Shown here piece after piece: positions 25,191 to 34,567 of a stretch of 64,000 nucleotides of DNA; position 1 is the first letter of the stretch; the number at the start of each line of letters is the position of its first letter. Origin of the DNA: a bacterium. GTDB taxonomy: Bacteria; ARS69. The translations under genes were made by a program, and so were the position numbers. The notes beneath the pieces were generated by a model, which searched no databases, had not been told where the DNA came from, and was given only the letters and a program-made list of their open reading frames with translations. The stretch spans positions 3,387 to 67,386 of the forward strand of contig JALGZR010000019.1 in the NCBI GenBank assembly GCA_025774805.1, given 5' to 3'.

Positions 25191-26179
25191 GGGCCATGAT
25201 CGCCTTGCTCGCCTTGGCCGTGCTGCTCGGTGTGGTCTGGGCGGGAGTCGGCCTGGCTGGCCAGCGGACCTTGTTCGGAATCGTCATTCCCTACGTGGCC
25301 ATTGCCGTGTTCCTGGTCGGCATGGTCTACCGGGTCCTGCTCTGGGCCGGGGCGCCCGTACCGTTCCGCATTCCGACGGTGTGCGGCCAGCAGCGCTCGC
25401 TGCCCTGGATGCGGCGGGACCCGCTGGAGAGCCCGAGCGGGACACTCGAGGCCGTCGGGCGGATGGCCGGCGAGATCCTGCTGTTCCGCTCGCTGTTCCG
25501 GAATACCCGCGTGGGGCTGAAGGGATCGGACCGCGTCGTCTACCACTCGGAGAAGCTCCTCTGGCTCGCCGCCCTGGCCTTCCACTGGTCCTTCCTCATC
25601 ATCTTCGTGCGGCACCTGCGTCTCTTCCTCGATCCCACGCCGAGTTTCGTCCATCTCATCGAGGTCGTGGACGGCTTCTTCCAGCTCAGTGTGCCGGTCT
25701 TCTTCCTCTCCGGCGGCCTGATCCTGGTCGCTCTGCTCTACTTGCTCGGGCGGCGCCTCCTGGATGCGCAGGTGCGCTACATCTCACTGCCGACGGACTA
25801 CTTCGCGCTGTTCCTCCTGATCGGTGTCGTGGTCTCGGGCATCTTCATGCGCTACATCACCAAGGTCGATCTGCTCAAGGTGAAGGAGCTCTCCGTCGGC
25901 TTGACGACCTTCCGGCCGGCCCTGCCGGAGGGCATCGGCCTGCCGTTCTACATTCACCTCTTCCTCGTCAGTCTCCTCTTCATCTACTTCCCCTTCAGCA
26001 AGCTCGTCCACATGGGGGGAGTGTTTCTGAGCCCGACGAGGAATCTGGCGAACAACAACCGCAATCGGCGCCACATCAACCCCTGGAACCCCGAAGTGGA
26101 GGTACACACGTACGCCCAGTGGGAAGAGGAGTTCCGAGACAAGCTCGAGGCCTCCGGCATACCGTTGGATGGGAAGTGA
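25187..26179 (+). CDS. dsrM: DsrM (heme-b membrane subunit)
   Basis: NarI/HdrE-like helices. Position directly before dsrK. Confidence 0.9.
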   Translation: MRAMIALLALAVLLGVVWAGVGLAGQRTLFGIVIPYVAIAVFLVGMVYRVLLWAGAPVPFRIPTVCGQQRSLPWMRRDPLESPSGTLEAVGRMAGEILLFRSLFRNTRVGLKGSDRVVYHSEKLLWLAALAFHWSFLIIFVRHLRLFLDPTPSFVHLIEVVDGFFQLSVPVFFLSGGLILVALLYLLGRRLLDAQVRYISLPTDYFALFLLIGVVVSGIFMRYITKVDLLKVKELSVGLTTFRPALPEGIGLPFYIHLFLVSLLFIYFPFSKLVHMGGVFLSPTRNLANNNRNRRHINPWNPEVEVHTYAQWEEEFRDKLEASGIPLDGK

Positions 26180-26185
26180 TCGGTC

Positions 26186-27802
26186 ATGGAGAAGTCGCCG
26201 CAGGAACTGCTTCAGCTTGACTACCACCCACCCCGGCGGGATTGGATGGATCCCGCCGTCGACTTCGAGGCCCGACGCGGGAGCTGGAGCTATCCCGGCG
26301 TCGGGAAGAACCTCAAGTACATGGGGTACGCCAACCCCCGGGAGTGGTCTCCCACCGATGACGATTGGAAGCTGCCCGACGGATGGCAGAAGATCCTCCA
26401 CGAAGGTCTGAAGGAACGCCTCGGCAAGTACCGTTCCCTGCGGGTCTTCCTCGATTCCTGCGTGCGATGCGGCGCCTGCGCCGACAAGTGCCACTTCTAC
26501 ATCGGATCGGGGGATCCGAAGAACATGCCCGTCCTGCGGGCCGAGCTGCTGCGCTCCGTCTACCGCAACGACTTCACGCTGGCGGGACGCATCCTCGGCC
26601 GGATCGCCGGCGTCCGCAAGCTCACCCCCGACATTCTCAAGGAGTGGTACTACTACTTTTTCCAGTGCACGGAGTGCCGCCGTTGCTCGGTGTTCTGCCC
26701 CTACGGCATCGACACGGCGGAGATCACCATGTTCGCCCGGGAGCTTCTCAACCTCGTGGGACTGAACATCAACTGGGTCGTCGAGCCCGTGGCCAACTGC
26801 CATCGCACGGGCAATCACCTGAACATTCCGCCGCACACCTTCAAGGACAACATCGAGTTTATCTGCGAGGAGTTGGAGGACGCCACCGGGATCAAACTGA
26901 CGCCCCCCATTAATCGCAAGGGCGCGGAGATTCTGTTCGTCGTCCCCTCGGCCGACTACTTCGCCGACCCCGGCATCTTCACCTTCATGGGCTACCTGCT
27001 GCTGTTCGAGCACATCGGACTGGACTACACGTTGAGCGCCTACGCCTCCGAGGGCGGCAATTTCGGCCTGTTCACCTCCCACGATACCATCAAGCGGCTC
27101 AACTACAAGATCTACGCCGAGGCTAAACGGCTCGGAGTGAAGTGGATCCTGGGCGGCGAGTGCGGTCACATGTGGAGGGTCCTCCACCAGTACATGGACA
27201 CCATGAACGGTCCGGCGGACTTCCTGGAGCGTCCGGTCTCGCCGATCACCGGCACGCGTTTCGAGAATGCGGCCTCGACGCGGATGGTCCACATCTGCGA
27301 GTTCACGTCCGACCTGATTCACCAGGGCAAGCTCAAGCTCGATCCCTCGCGCAACGACCGCTGGCGGGTGACGTTCCACGACTCCTGCAACCCGTCCCGG
27401 GCGATGGGCCTCCTGGAAGAGCCGCGCTACGTGCTGCGGAACGTCTGCAACTACTTCCACGAAATGCCCGACAACACCATCCGGGAGCAGACCTTTTGCT
27501 GTGGTGGGGGCGCAGGGCTGGGAAACGACGAGAACATGGAGATGCGCATGCGTGGCGGGCTGCCGCGAGCCAACGCGGTCAAGTTCGTGCAGGAGAAGCA
27601 CGGCGTGAACCTGCTCACGTGTGTCTGCGCCATCGACCGGGCGACCCTACCGCCCCTGATGGAGTACTGGGTCCCCGGGGTCGACGTGTCGGGCGTCCAC
27701 GAGCTGGTGGGCAACGCCCTGGTGATGGAGGGGGAGAACGACCGCAAGACGGACCTGCGTGGAAACGGCGCGAACGACGAGGAAGGAGGTCCCGATGCGT
27801 GA
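26186..27802 (+). CDS. dsrK: DsrK (HdrD-like catalytic iron-sulfur subunit)
   Basis: CVRCGACADKCH, CTECRRCSVFCP, HDSCN and FCCGGGAGLG motifs. Confidence 0.92.
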   Translation: MEKSPQELLQLDYHPPRRDWMDPAVDFEARRGSWSYPGVGKNLKYMGYANPREWSPTDDDWKLPDGWQKILHEGLKERLGKYRSLRVFLDSCVRCGACADKCHFYIGSGDPKNMPVLRAELLRSVYRNDFTLAGRILGRIAGVRKLTPDILKEWYYYFFQCTECRRCSVFCPYGIDTAEITMFARELLNLVGLNINWVVEPVANCHRTGNHLNIPPHTFKDNIEFICEELEDATGIKLTPPINRKGAEILFVVPSADYFADPGIFTFMGYLLLFEHIGLDYTLSAYASEGGNFGLFTSHDTIKRLNYKIYAEAKRLGVKWILGGECGHMWRVLHQYMDTMNGPADFLERPVSPITGTRFENAASTRMVHICEFTSDLIHQGKLKLDPSRNDRWRVTFHDSCNPSRAMGLLEEPRYVLRNVCNYFHEMPDNTIREQTFCCGGGAGLGNDENMEMRMRGGLPRANAVKFVQEKHGVNLLTCVCAIDRATLPPLMEYWVPGVDVSGVHELVGNALVMEGENDRKTDLRGNGANDEEGGPDA

Positions 27803-28187
27803 TCGAGGCGCGATCTTCGCGGGGCTCGTCTTCTTCCTCGCTCTGGTCACCTATCCCATCTGGTCGGGCCTGGCGGCCGGCGAGGGCGGGGGGCCGCCGG
27901 AGCTGGTCCTCCCCCCCGAAGGGGAGAAGTGCGTGGAGGAAACGTCCGCCATGCGCACCGACCACATGCAGCTCTTGATGGAGTGGCGGGACGAGGTCGT
28001 ACGCGACAACGACCGGATCTACACCACCGCGGACGGACGCCGTTTCTACAAGAGCCTCTCCGGGACCTGCATGAGCTGCCACGCCGACAAGGAGCAGTTC
28101 TGCGACCGGTGCCACAACTACGTCGCGGTGACCCCCTACTGCTGGGACTGCCACGTCGAGCCCCCGGGAGGGCAGCGATGGGATTGA
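27795..28187 (+). CDS. dsrJ: DsrJ (triheme cytochrome c)
   Basis: RBS GGAAGGAGG. Signal anchor. CMSCH, CDRCH and CWDCH. Conserved EKCVEET cysteine. Confidence 0.9.
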   Translation: MRDRGAIFAGLVFFLALVTYPIWSGLAAGEGGGPPELVLPPEGEKCVEETSAMRTDHMQLLMEWRDEVVRDNDRIYTTADGRRFYKSLSGTCMSCHADKEQFCDRCHNYVAVTPYCWDCHVEPPGGQRWD

Positions 28188-28951
28188 AGAGGAGAGCGTT
28201 CTGCAGGCTCGCCGGACTCGGCACGCTGGGGATGGCCGGAGTTCCGGCCGGCCGCGCACTCGGGGAGAAACCGCGGTCCTCGCCGGAGGACGTGAGAGAG
28301 CCGATCCTGGGCAAGCGGTGGGCCATGGTCGTCGATCTGCAGGCGTGCCGCAAGAAGGAGGGCTGCCGGGACTGCATCGCCGCGTGCCACGAGGCCCACA
28401 ACGTTCCCGACCTCGGCCATGAGAAGCACGAGGTGAAGTGGATCTGGAAGGAGCCGTACGCGGAGGCGTTCCCCAACCAGCACCACGACCACATGCCGCA
28501 CCACATGCAGCACGAGGCGACGCTGGTCTTCTGCAACCACTGCGACGAGCCGCCCTGCACGAGGGTCTGCCCCACGCAGGCCACCTGGAAGCGCGAGGAC
28601 GGCATCGTGATGATGGACTGGCACCGGTGCATCGGTTGCCGCTACTGCATCGTGGCCTGCCCATACGGTTCGCGCAGCTTCAACTGGCGGGATCCCCGAC
28701 CCTACATCGAGGAGATCCGCCCCGATTTCCCCACCCGGAGCCGCGGCGTCGTGGAGAAGTGCACGTTCTGCGACGAACGCCTGTCCAAGGGGCGACTTCC
28801 GGCGTGCGTGGAGGCCTGTACGACCCGCTGCCTCGTCTTCGGCGACCTGGAGAACCCGGACTCGGAAGTCCGAAAGCTCTTGGCCACGCGTCACGCCATT
28901 CGTCGGAAGCCCGGCCTGGGCACCGGGCCCGAAGTCTACTACCTGGTATGA
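28178..28951 (+). CDS. dsrO: DsrO (Tat-exported ferredoxin-like subunit)
   Basis: MGLKRRAFCRLAG twin-arginine signal. CNHCDEPPCTRVCP and CIGCRYCIVACP. Confidence 0.9.
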   Translation: MGLKRRAFCRLAGLGTLGMAGVPAGRALGEKPRSSPEDVREPILGKRWAMVVDLQACRKKEGCRDCIAACHEAHNVPDLGHEKHEVKWIWKEPYAEAFPNQHHDHMPHHMQHEATLVFCNHCDEPPCTRVCPTQATWKREDGIVMMDWHRCIGCRYCIVACPYGSRSFNWRDPRPYIEEIRPDFPTRSRGVVEKCTFCDERLSKGRLPACVEACTTRCLVFGDLENPDSEVRKLLATRHAIRRKPGLGTGPEVYYLV

Positions 28952-28958
28952 GGTGACT

Positions 28959-30116
28959 ATGCTGGAGAAGGCGTTCTCGGGAGGTCGCAGATACTGGGGC
29001 TGGATCGGCTTCCTGCTGCTGGTGGTGGCCGCCGGCGGCTACTCCTACCTGCACCAGCTCGGTCACGGCCTGGGGATCACCGGCTTGAGCCGGGATGTGA
29101 CCTGGGGCTTCTACATCGCACAATTCACCTTTCTCGTCGGCGTGGCGGCCTCCGCGGTGATGGTGGTCTTGCCCTACTACCTGCATGACTTCAAGGCCTT
29201 CGGACGGGTCGCGATCCTCGGAGAGCAACTGGCCATCGGGTCGGTGATCATGTGCGTGCTGTTCATCACCGTCGATCTCGGGCAGCCGGGCCGCATGGTC
29301 AACATGCTGCGCCACCCGTCGCCGCGCTCGATCCTGTTCTGGGACATGATCGTTCTCAACGGCTACCTGCTGCTCAACGTGATCATCTCGCGCGTGAGCA
29401 TGAACGCGGAGCGCAACCGCACGCCGCCCCCCGGGTGGATCAGGCCGGTGATCCTGCTCTCGATCCCCTGGGCGCTCAGCATCCACACCGTCACGGCGTT
29501 CATCTACTCCGGACTCGCCGCACGGCCCTTCTGGATGACGGCGATCCTCGCCCCGCGATTCCTGGCCTCGGCCTTCTCGTCCGGCCCGGCACTGCTGATT
29601 CTCCTCTGCCTGGTGCTCAGGCGATTCACGCGCTTCGACGCCGGCTGGGACGCGATCCAACAGCTGGCGGTGATCGTGACCTACGCCGTCCTGACCAACG
29701 TCTTCTTCGTTCTGACGGAGTTCTTCACGGCCTTCTACAGCGCCATTCCCGAGCACGTGGAGCACTTCCGCTACCTCTACCTGGGATTGGATGGGCACCA
29801 CGAGCTGGTGGCCTGGATGTGGCTTTCGGCCGCTCTGATCATGGTCGCCGCGGTGATCCTGGTGAACCCGGGAACGCGGCGGGCGAAGACGCCGTTGACG
29901 TTCGCCTGCATTGCAGTGGTCGCCTCGATCTGGATCGAGAAGGGCCTCGGCATGATCGTGACCGGTTTCGTGCCGTCTCCCCTGGGCAAGGTGACGAGCT
30001 ACGCTCCGACGATCCCCGAGGTGTTGATCACGCTGGGCATCTACGCGGGCGGTGCGCTGGTCGTCACCATGCTCTACAGAATCACCCTATCCCTCCGGGG
30101 TGAGTTGCGAACCTGA
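28959..30116 (+). CDS. dsrP: DsrP (NrfD-type membrane subunit)
   Basis: RBS GAGGTGA before ATG 28959 (GTG 28953 is an alternative). About 10 TM helices. Confidence 0.9.
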   Translation: MLEKAFSGGRRYWGWIGFLLLVVAAGGYSYLHQLGHGLGITGLSRDVTWGFYIAQFTFLVGVAASAVMVVLPYYLHDFKAFGRVAILGEQLAIGSVIMCVLFITVDLGQPGRMVNMLRHPSPRSILFWDMIVLNGYLLLNVIISRVSMNAERNRTPPPGWIRPVILLSIPWALSIHTVTAFIYSGLAARPFWMTAILAPRFLASAFSSGPALLILLCLVLRRFTRFDAGWDAIQQLAVIVTYAVLTNVFFVLTEFFTAFYSAIPEHVEHFRYLYLGLDGHHELVAWMWLSAALIMVAAVILVNPGTRRAKTPLTFACIAVVASIWIEKGLGMIVTGFVPSPLGKVTSYAPTIPEVLITLGIYAGGALVVTMLYRITLSLRGELRT

Positions 30117-30127
30117 CCGAGGTGCCC

Positions 30128-31801
30128 ATGACCGAGCGTCGCCACACAGTCCTGATCGTGGGCGCCTCTGCCGCCGGACTGCGCTGCGCCTGCCGCCTGG
30201 CACGCTTGCGGCCGGACTGGCGGATCCGGGTCCTGGAGGCGCGGGCGACCTTCTCCTACGCGGCCTGCGGCCTGCCCTACGTGCTCTCCGGCGACATCGC
30301 CGACCCCCAGGCCCTGCGGCGCACCGTCTACGGAGTGATCCGGGACACCGCGTACTTCGCGGGACACAAGGGCGTGGAGGTCCTCGCCGGCCACCGCGTC
30401 CTTGCCATCGACACGCAGCGGCGTGCCTTACGAGCCGAGGGACCGGATGGCGAGTGCGAGCTGGGCTGGGACGAGCTGGTGCTGGCCACCGGCGCCCGGC
30501 CCCGCCGCCTGCAGGAGCAGCCGGATCATCCACGGGTCGTCTCGTTTCACCGCTGGGATGATCTCGAACCGCTGCGCCGGGGGCTCGCAGAGGGCCGGAT
30601 CGACCGCGTCGCGATCGTGGGCGCCGGCCCGGTGGGCTGCGAGCTGGCCGAAGCGTTTCACAGTCTGTGGGGAGCGGAGGTGGTTCTGCTCGAGGAAGCG
30701 AGTGCCCCGCTCCCCGGAATCCTCGACCCGGACGTGGCAACGTGTGTCGCGGGACACCTTCGAGCGAACGGCGTGGAGCTAGGGCTCGAATCCCCGGCTC
30801 GGCGCATTGAGGTCGTCGGCGAGCGAGTGGCTCTCACCGTGGCAGACGGAACGGTCGAGGCCGACGTGGCCGTCGTGGCCGTGGGTGTGCAGCCCGCCGT
30901 CGAGCTGGCCCGCGAGGCCGGGATCAAGCTGGGGACCGGCGGAGCCATCGCCGTCGACGAGCGTCTGGCCACATCGGCGCCCCACGTGTGGGCCGCCGGT
31001 GACTGCGCCGAGGTGCACCACGCTGTTCTCGGTGAGCCCGTGTCTCTCCCGCTGGGCTCGCTGGCGAACCGGCAGGGCCGCACCCTGGCCGAAATCCTCG
31101 CGGGCCGCCCGGACCGCTTCCCCCCGGTGGCCGGAGCCGTTGCTGTCAAGGTCTTCGACTGCAACGTGGCGGCGACGGGTTGCACCCTGTCCCGGGCGCG
31201 GGAACGCGGGCTGCAAGGGCGTGCCGCCTGGATCACCGTCGAGGATCGGGCGCACTACTGGCCCGAGGCCGAGCTGATGCACCTCAAACTGGTCTACGAG
31301 ACCGGCTCGCGCAGGGTGCTGGGAGTCCAGGCCGTGGGGAAGGGTGACGCCGTCAAGCGCGTGGACGTGGCCACCCAGCACATCGCGGCCGGGGGTACCC
31401 TCGACGATCTCGCTCACGTGGAGCACTCCTACGCCCCGCCTTACGCTCCCGCCATGGATCCGCTGGCCGTCGCCGCACAGGTGGCCCAGAACCAGGAGGA
31501 CGGCATCGAGGCCGCGGCGCCCGACGAGGCTCTCGACGACGGCACGCGCATTCTCGACGTGCGGCTGGCGGAGGAGTCGGCGGCCCGCCCCGCCTTCCCA
31601 GACCGGGCGATGCACGTCGCTCTGGGCGAGCTGTCGAGCCGGCTCGACGAGATTGACCCTGCGACGGGGCTCGTCGTCTGCGAGCGGGGGACACGATCGG
31701 CCGAGGCGGTCCGCCTGCTGCGGCGGCAGGGCATTCGCGCGCGCTATCTCGGCGGCGGACTTCGCTGGCGCGCTCTGGTGGAAGAGAGTGGGGCCTCATG
31801 A
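30128..31801 (+). CDS. CoA-disulfide reductase-family flavoprotein fused to a C-terminal rhodanese domain (Npsr-like NAD(P)H persulfide/polysulfide reductase)
   Basis: VLIVGASAAGLRCA. Redox Cys in SYAACGLPY. A second dinucleotide fold, VAIVGAGPVGCELA. WAAGDCAE. Rhodanese loop VVCERGTRS. Confidence 0.8.
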   Translation: MTERRHTVLIVGASAAGLRCACRLARLRPDWRIRVLEARATFSYAACGLPYVLSGDIADPQALRRTVYGVIRDTAYFAGHKGVEVLAGHRVLAIDTQRRALRAEGPDGECELGWDELVLATGARPRRLQEQPDHPRVVSFHRWDDLEPLRRGLAEGRIDRVAIVGAGPVGCELAEAFHSLWGAEVVLLEEASAPLPGILDPDVATCVAGHLRANGVELGLESPARRIEVVGERVALTVADGTVEADVAVVAVGVQPAVELAREAGIKLGTGGAIAVDERLATSAPHVWAAGDCAEVHHAVLGEPVSLPLGSLANRQGRTLAEILAGRPDRFPPVAGAVAVKVFDCNVAATGCTLSRARERGLQGRAAWITVEDRAHYWPEAELMHLKLVYETGSRRVLGVQAVGKGDAVKRVDVATQHIAAGGTLDDLAHVEHSYAPPYAPAMDPLAVAAQVAQNQEDGIEAAAPDEALDDGTRILDVRLAEESAARPAFPDRAMHVALGELSSRLDEIDPATGLVVCERGTRSAEAVRLLRRQGIRARYLGGGLRWRALVEESGAS

Positions 31802-31859
31802 ACCGAAATGTCACGCGAAGAGGATGGACGTTGCGCGAGGAATGCGGGGAGGCGAACTG

Positions 31860-33662
31860 ATGTTTCCGGCCATGCTGCACCTTACGGGCAAGTGCTGCCT
31901 CGTCGTCGGTGCCGGCGGCGTGGCGTTACGCAAGGTCCAGGGCCTGATGGCGGAGGGCGCGCGTGTCCACGTGGTGGCCCCGGAAGTCGTCCCTCAGCTC
32001 GAGACGCTGGCCGAGTGCGGGCAGATCACCCTCGCGAGACGGGCGTATCGCTCAAGCGAGGCCGCGGACTACGTCCTGGTCTTCGCGGCGACGAACCGGA
32101 GAGAGGTGAACCGGAAGGTGTTTGAGGACGCGAGCCGCGCCGGGGTCTGGGTCAACTCGGCGGACGACCCCGAGCACTGCAGCTTCCACCTCCCGGCCCG
32201 CGTTCAGCGGAACCCACTCCAGATTGCCATCGCGTCCGGCGGGGAAGTTCCCTTCGCCGTCCGGCGGCTCCGACAGCTCCTGGAGCAGCGCTTTGGCCCG
32301 GAGTGGGGCGAGTGGATCGAGGCGGCCTCCCGCTTTCGCTCGCGCGTTCTCGGGATGGGTGTTGATGCGGTGGAGCGGGAAGCGTGCTTCAGCCGCTTCT
32401 TTGACGCCACCGTGGACCGTGAACGCCTCTCGGCAAGGGTCCCGACGGAGTCGGAGCAGGCGGAGTGGACCGGGGTGAAGACCGCGGGTGAAGGGCGTGC
32501 CGAGGAGCCATCGCGCCAGCGATCGGCCGCCGGCCAGAGGGAGCGGACGGGAGAACGGGTTGCCCCGGTCTCCCTGGTAGGGGCCGGGCCGGGGTGCGCG
32601 GGGCTCCTGACCCTCCGCGGCCGGGAGCGGCTGATGGAGGCGGATGCGGTTGTCTACGACCGGCTCGCGGCTAGCGCGCTGCCGTGCGACCTTCCGCCGC
32701 AGACGGAGCTGCATTGCGTGGGAAAGACCCCGGGACGCCACCCGGTGCCGCAGGAGGAGATCACCGCATTGCTCGTCCGCTTGGCGCGCGAGGGCAAGAG
32801 AACCGTCCGCCTGAAGGGCGGTGACCCTTACGTCTTCGGACGTGGAGGAGAAGAGGCCGAGACGCTGCACGCCGAGGGTATCCCGTTCGAGGTGGTTCCC
32901 GGCGTCAGCTCAGGCTTCGGTGCCACGGCCTGGGCGGGAATCCCCGTCACGCACCGGGGAGAGGCCGTGCGGGTCACCCTGCTCACCGCCCACGAGTGTA
33001 TTAAGAGGAAGGGCCCTCAGGTCCGCTGGGACCTGCTCGCACAAGATCCTCATTCCACCCTCGTCGGCTACATGGGCGTGGCCACGCTGCCGCAGGTGGC
33101 GAAATCGCTCATCGCCGGCGGCATGGATCCGGCCACGCCGGCGGCGATGATCGAGCGGGGAACCGTGGCCACCCAGCGGACCGTGATCTCGACGCTGGAC
33201 GATCTTCCCGAGGCAGTCATTCGCGAGGGGCTGCAGGCGCCGGCGTTGTTCGTCATCGGACCCACCGTCGGGCACGCCGACGTACTGAACTGGTTCGATG
33301 CGCTCCCGCTGGCCGGGGAACGACTGGTCGTCCCCGGGGGCGCCTCCGAGTTGACGCGGGACCTGGAGGCAGCCGGCGCGGAGATCGTGGCGGTGCATCC
33401 TCCCGTGTCACCGGCGGCGCGAGTAGTCATTGCCGCAGCACCGCTCACGGGCTGTGTGCTGCGGAGCCCGGCAGAGGTCGAAATGCTGGACGAGGAGCGC
33501 CAGGCATCGGGTTGGGAGAGGGATCCCGTGACCTGGTGTCTCGGTGGCGAGACCGCCGAGCGCGCGCGGAAGCTCGGCTGGCAACAGGTCCGGCAGGTCG
33601 ACGAGGGCATCGGCGGTCCGGAATTGGCCGACGTGATACGGGGACGGGAGTATGCGGCATAG
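31860..33662 (+). CDS. cysG: Multifunctional siroheme synthase: SirC-like dehydrogenase/ferrochelatase + CobA (SUMT) + a short HemD-like C-terminal segment
   Basis: LVVGAGGVALRKV (SirC/Met8-like). VSLVGAGPGCAGLLTLRG..LKGGDPYVFGRGGEE (SUMT). The last 120 aa or so resemble half of a uroporphyrinogen-III synthase. ATG 31824 and 31842 are alternative starts. Confidence 0.8.
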   Translation: MFPAMLHLTGKCCLVVGAGGVALRKVQGLMAEGARVHVVAPEVVPQLETLAECGQITLARRAYRSSEAADYVLVFAATNRREVNRKVFEDASRAGVWVNSADDPEHCSFHLPARVQRNPLQIAIASGGEVPFAVRRLRQLLEQRFGPEWGEWIEAASRFRSRVLGMGVDAVEREACFSRFFDATVDRERLSARVPTESEQAEWTGVKTAGEGRAEEPSRQRSAAGQRERTGERVAPVSLVGAGPGCAGLLTLRGRERLMEADAVVYDRLAASALPCDLPPQTELHCVGKTPGRHPVPQEEITALLVRLAREGKRTVRLKGGDPYVFGRGGEEAETLHAEGIPFEVVPGVSSGFGATAWAGIPVTHRGEAVRVTLLTAHECIKRKGPQVRWDLLAQDPHSTLVGYMGVATLPQVAKSLIAGGMDPATPAAMIERGTVATQRTVISTLDDLPEAVIREGLQAPALFVIGPTVGHADVLNWFDALPLAGERLVVPGGASELTRDLEAAGAEIVAVHPPVSPAARVVIAAAPLTGCVLRSPAEVEMLDEERQASGWERDPVTWCLGGETAERARKLGWQQVRQVDEGIGGPELADVIRGREYAA

Positions 33663-34566
33663 TGCCCCGGCGGTCGCCGCGCTGCTCCTCCTGCTGGCCT
33701 GCCCCTCGCTGGCACAGCGAGAGACGGAGCCGAAGACCAAAGAGGATCCGCTGCTATTCGGGGTTGTGAGCTTCTACCATCCGCGGCTCATGTTTCTCAA
33801 GTACGGGCCGCTGGTTGACCACCTGAGCGAACACACGGGACGGCACTGGGAGCTGAGACTCAGCGCCACCTATGAGCAGACGGTCAGCGAGCTGTGCTCC
33901 GGCCGCCTGACTGCAGCCCACCTCGACCCCCTGACCTATGTCCGAGCCCACGCCGCGTGCGGCGCCGAGCCGGTGGCGCGCTTGAATACCGGTGGACGGG
34001 AGACCCATCTCAGCTACATACTGGTTCGCGAGGAAAGCCCGATTCGGAAGCCGGCCGACCTGAGAGGCAAGCGGATCGCTTTCGGCTCGGCGCTGTCCAC
34101 GTCCTCCCACCTGGTGCCCCGCGCCATCCTAGTGCAGGCCGGGCTGGCACCTGGAAGAGACGTGTCCTGCTCCTATCTCGAGCACCATGAGGAGGCGGCG
34201 CGTGCGGTGGAGCAGGGAGAAGCGGACGCCTGCGGCGTGCGCGACATCGTCGGTGACCGCTTCCTGAAAAGAGGTCTTCGCCTGCTGGTGAAATCCGACC
34301 CGATCCCGAACTCCCCCGTCGTCGTCGCCCCCGGTGCGGCGGCCGGCGTGCGGCGGTCGCTGGCGCGCGCTCTCGTCGACCTCCCTCGGGAGGATCCGGC
34401 CATGGCGAAGATCATGGCCACCTGGGACCGGGAACTAGCCGACGGGTTTGCACCCGCAACCGATGCCGATTACGACGACATCCGCGACCTGGCCAGAGAG
34501 GTCCTGGGAGCGAGGGCGCTGACGCTTCCCGAGGAAACCCTGCGATGCGCGGGGTCCCGTTCCTGA
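33652..34566 (+). CDS. PhnD-like periplasmic solute-binding protein (sensor accessory type)
   Basis: Signal peptide. LLFGVVSFYHP..YGPLVDHL..GKRIAFGSALSTSSHLVPR. Confidence 0.7.
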   Translation: MRHSAPAVAALLLLLACPSLAQRETEPKTKEDPLLFGVVSFYHPRLMFLKYGPLVDHLSEHTGRHWELRLSATYEQTVSELCSGRLTAAHLDPLTYVRAHAACGAEPVARLNTGGRETHLSYILVREESPIRKPADLRGKRIAFGSALSTSSHLVPRAILVQAGLAPGRDVSCSYLEHHEEAARAVEQGEADACGVRDIVGDRFLKRGLRLLVKSDPIPNSPVVVAPGAAAGVRRSLARALVDLPREDPAMAKIMATWDRELADGFAPATDADYDDIRDLAREVLGARALTLPEETLRCAGSRS

Positions 34567-34567
34567 G

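Noticed and set aside
25784-27601. 605-aa minus-strand ORF opposite dsrM and dsrK
   Set aside because: An antisense shadow of strongly supported genes.
31344-31859. N-terminal 172 codons of the 772-aa ORF containing cysG
   Set aside because: This part overlaps the 3' end of the CoADR-rhodanese gene in another frame and is Pro/Arg/Ser/Thr-rich. The SirC-type N-terminus begins at MFPAMLHLTGK (ATG 31860), which has an RBS.
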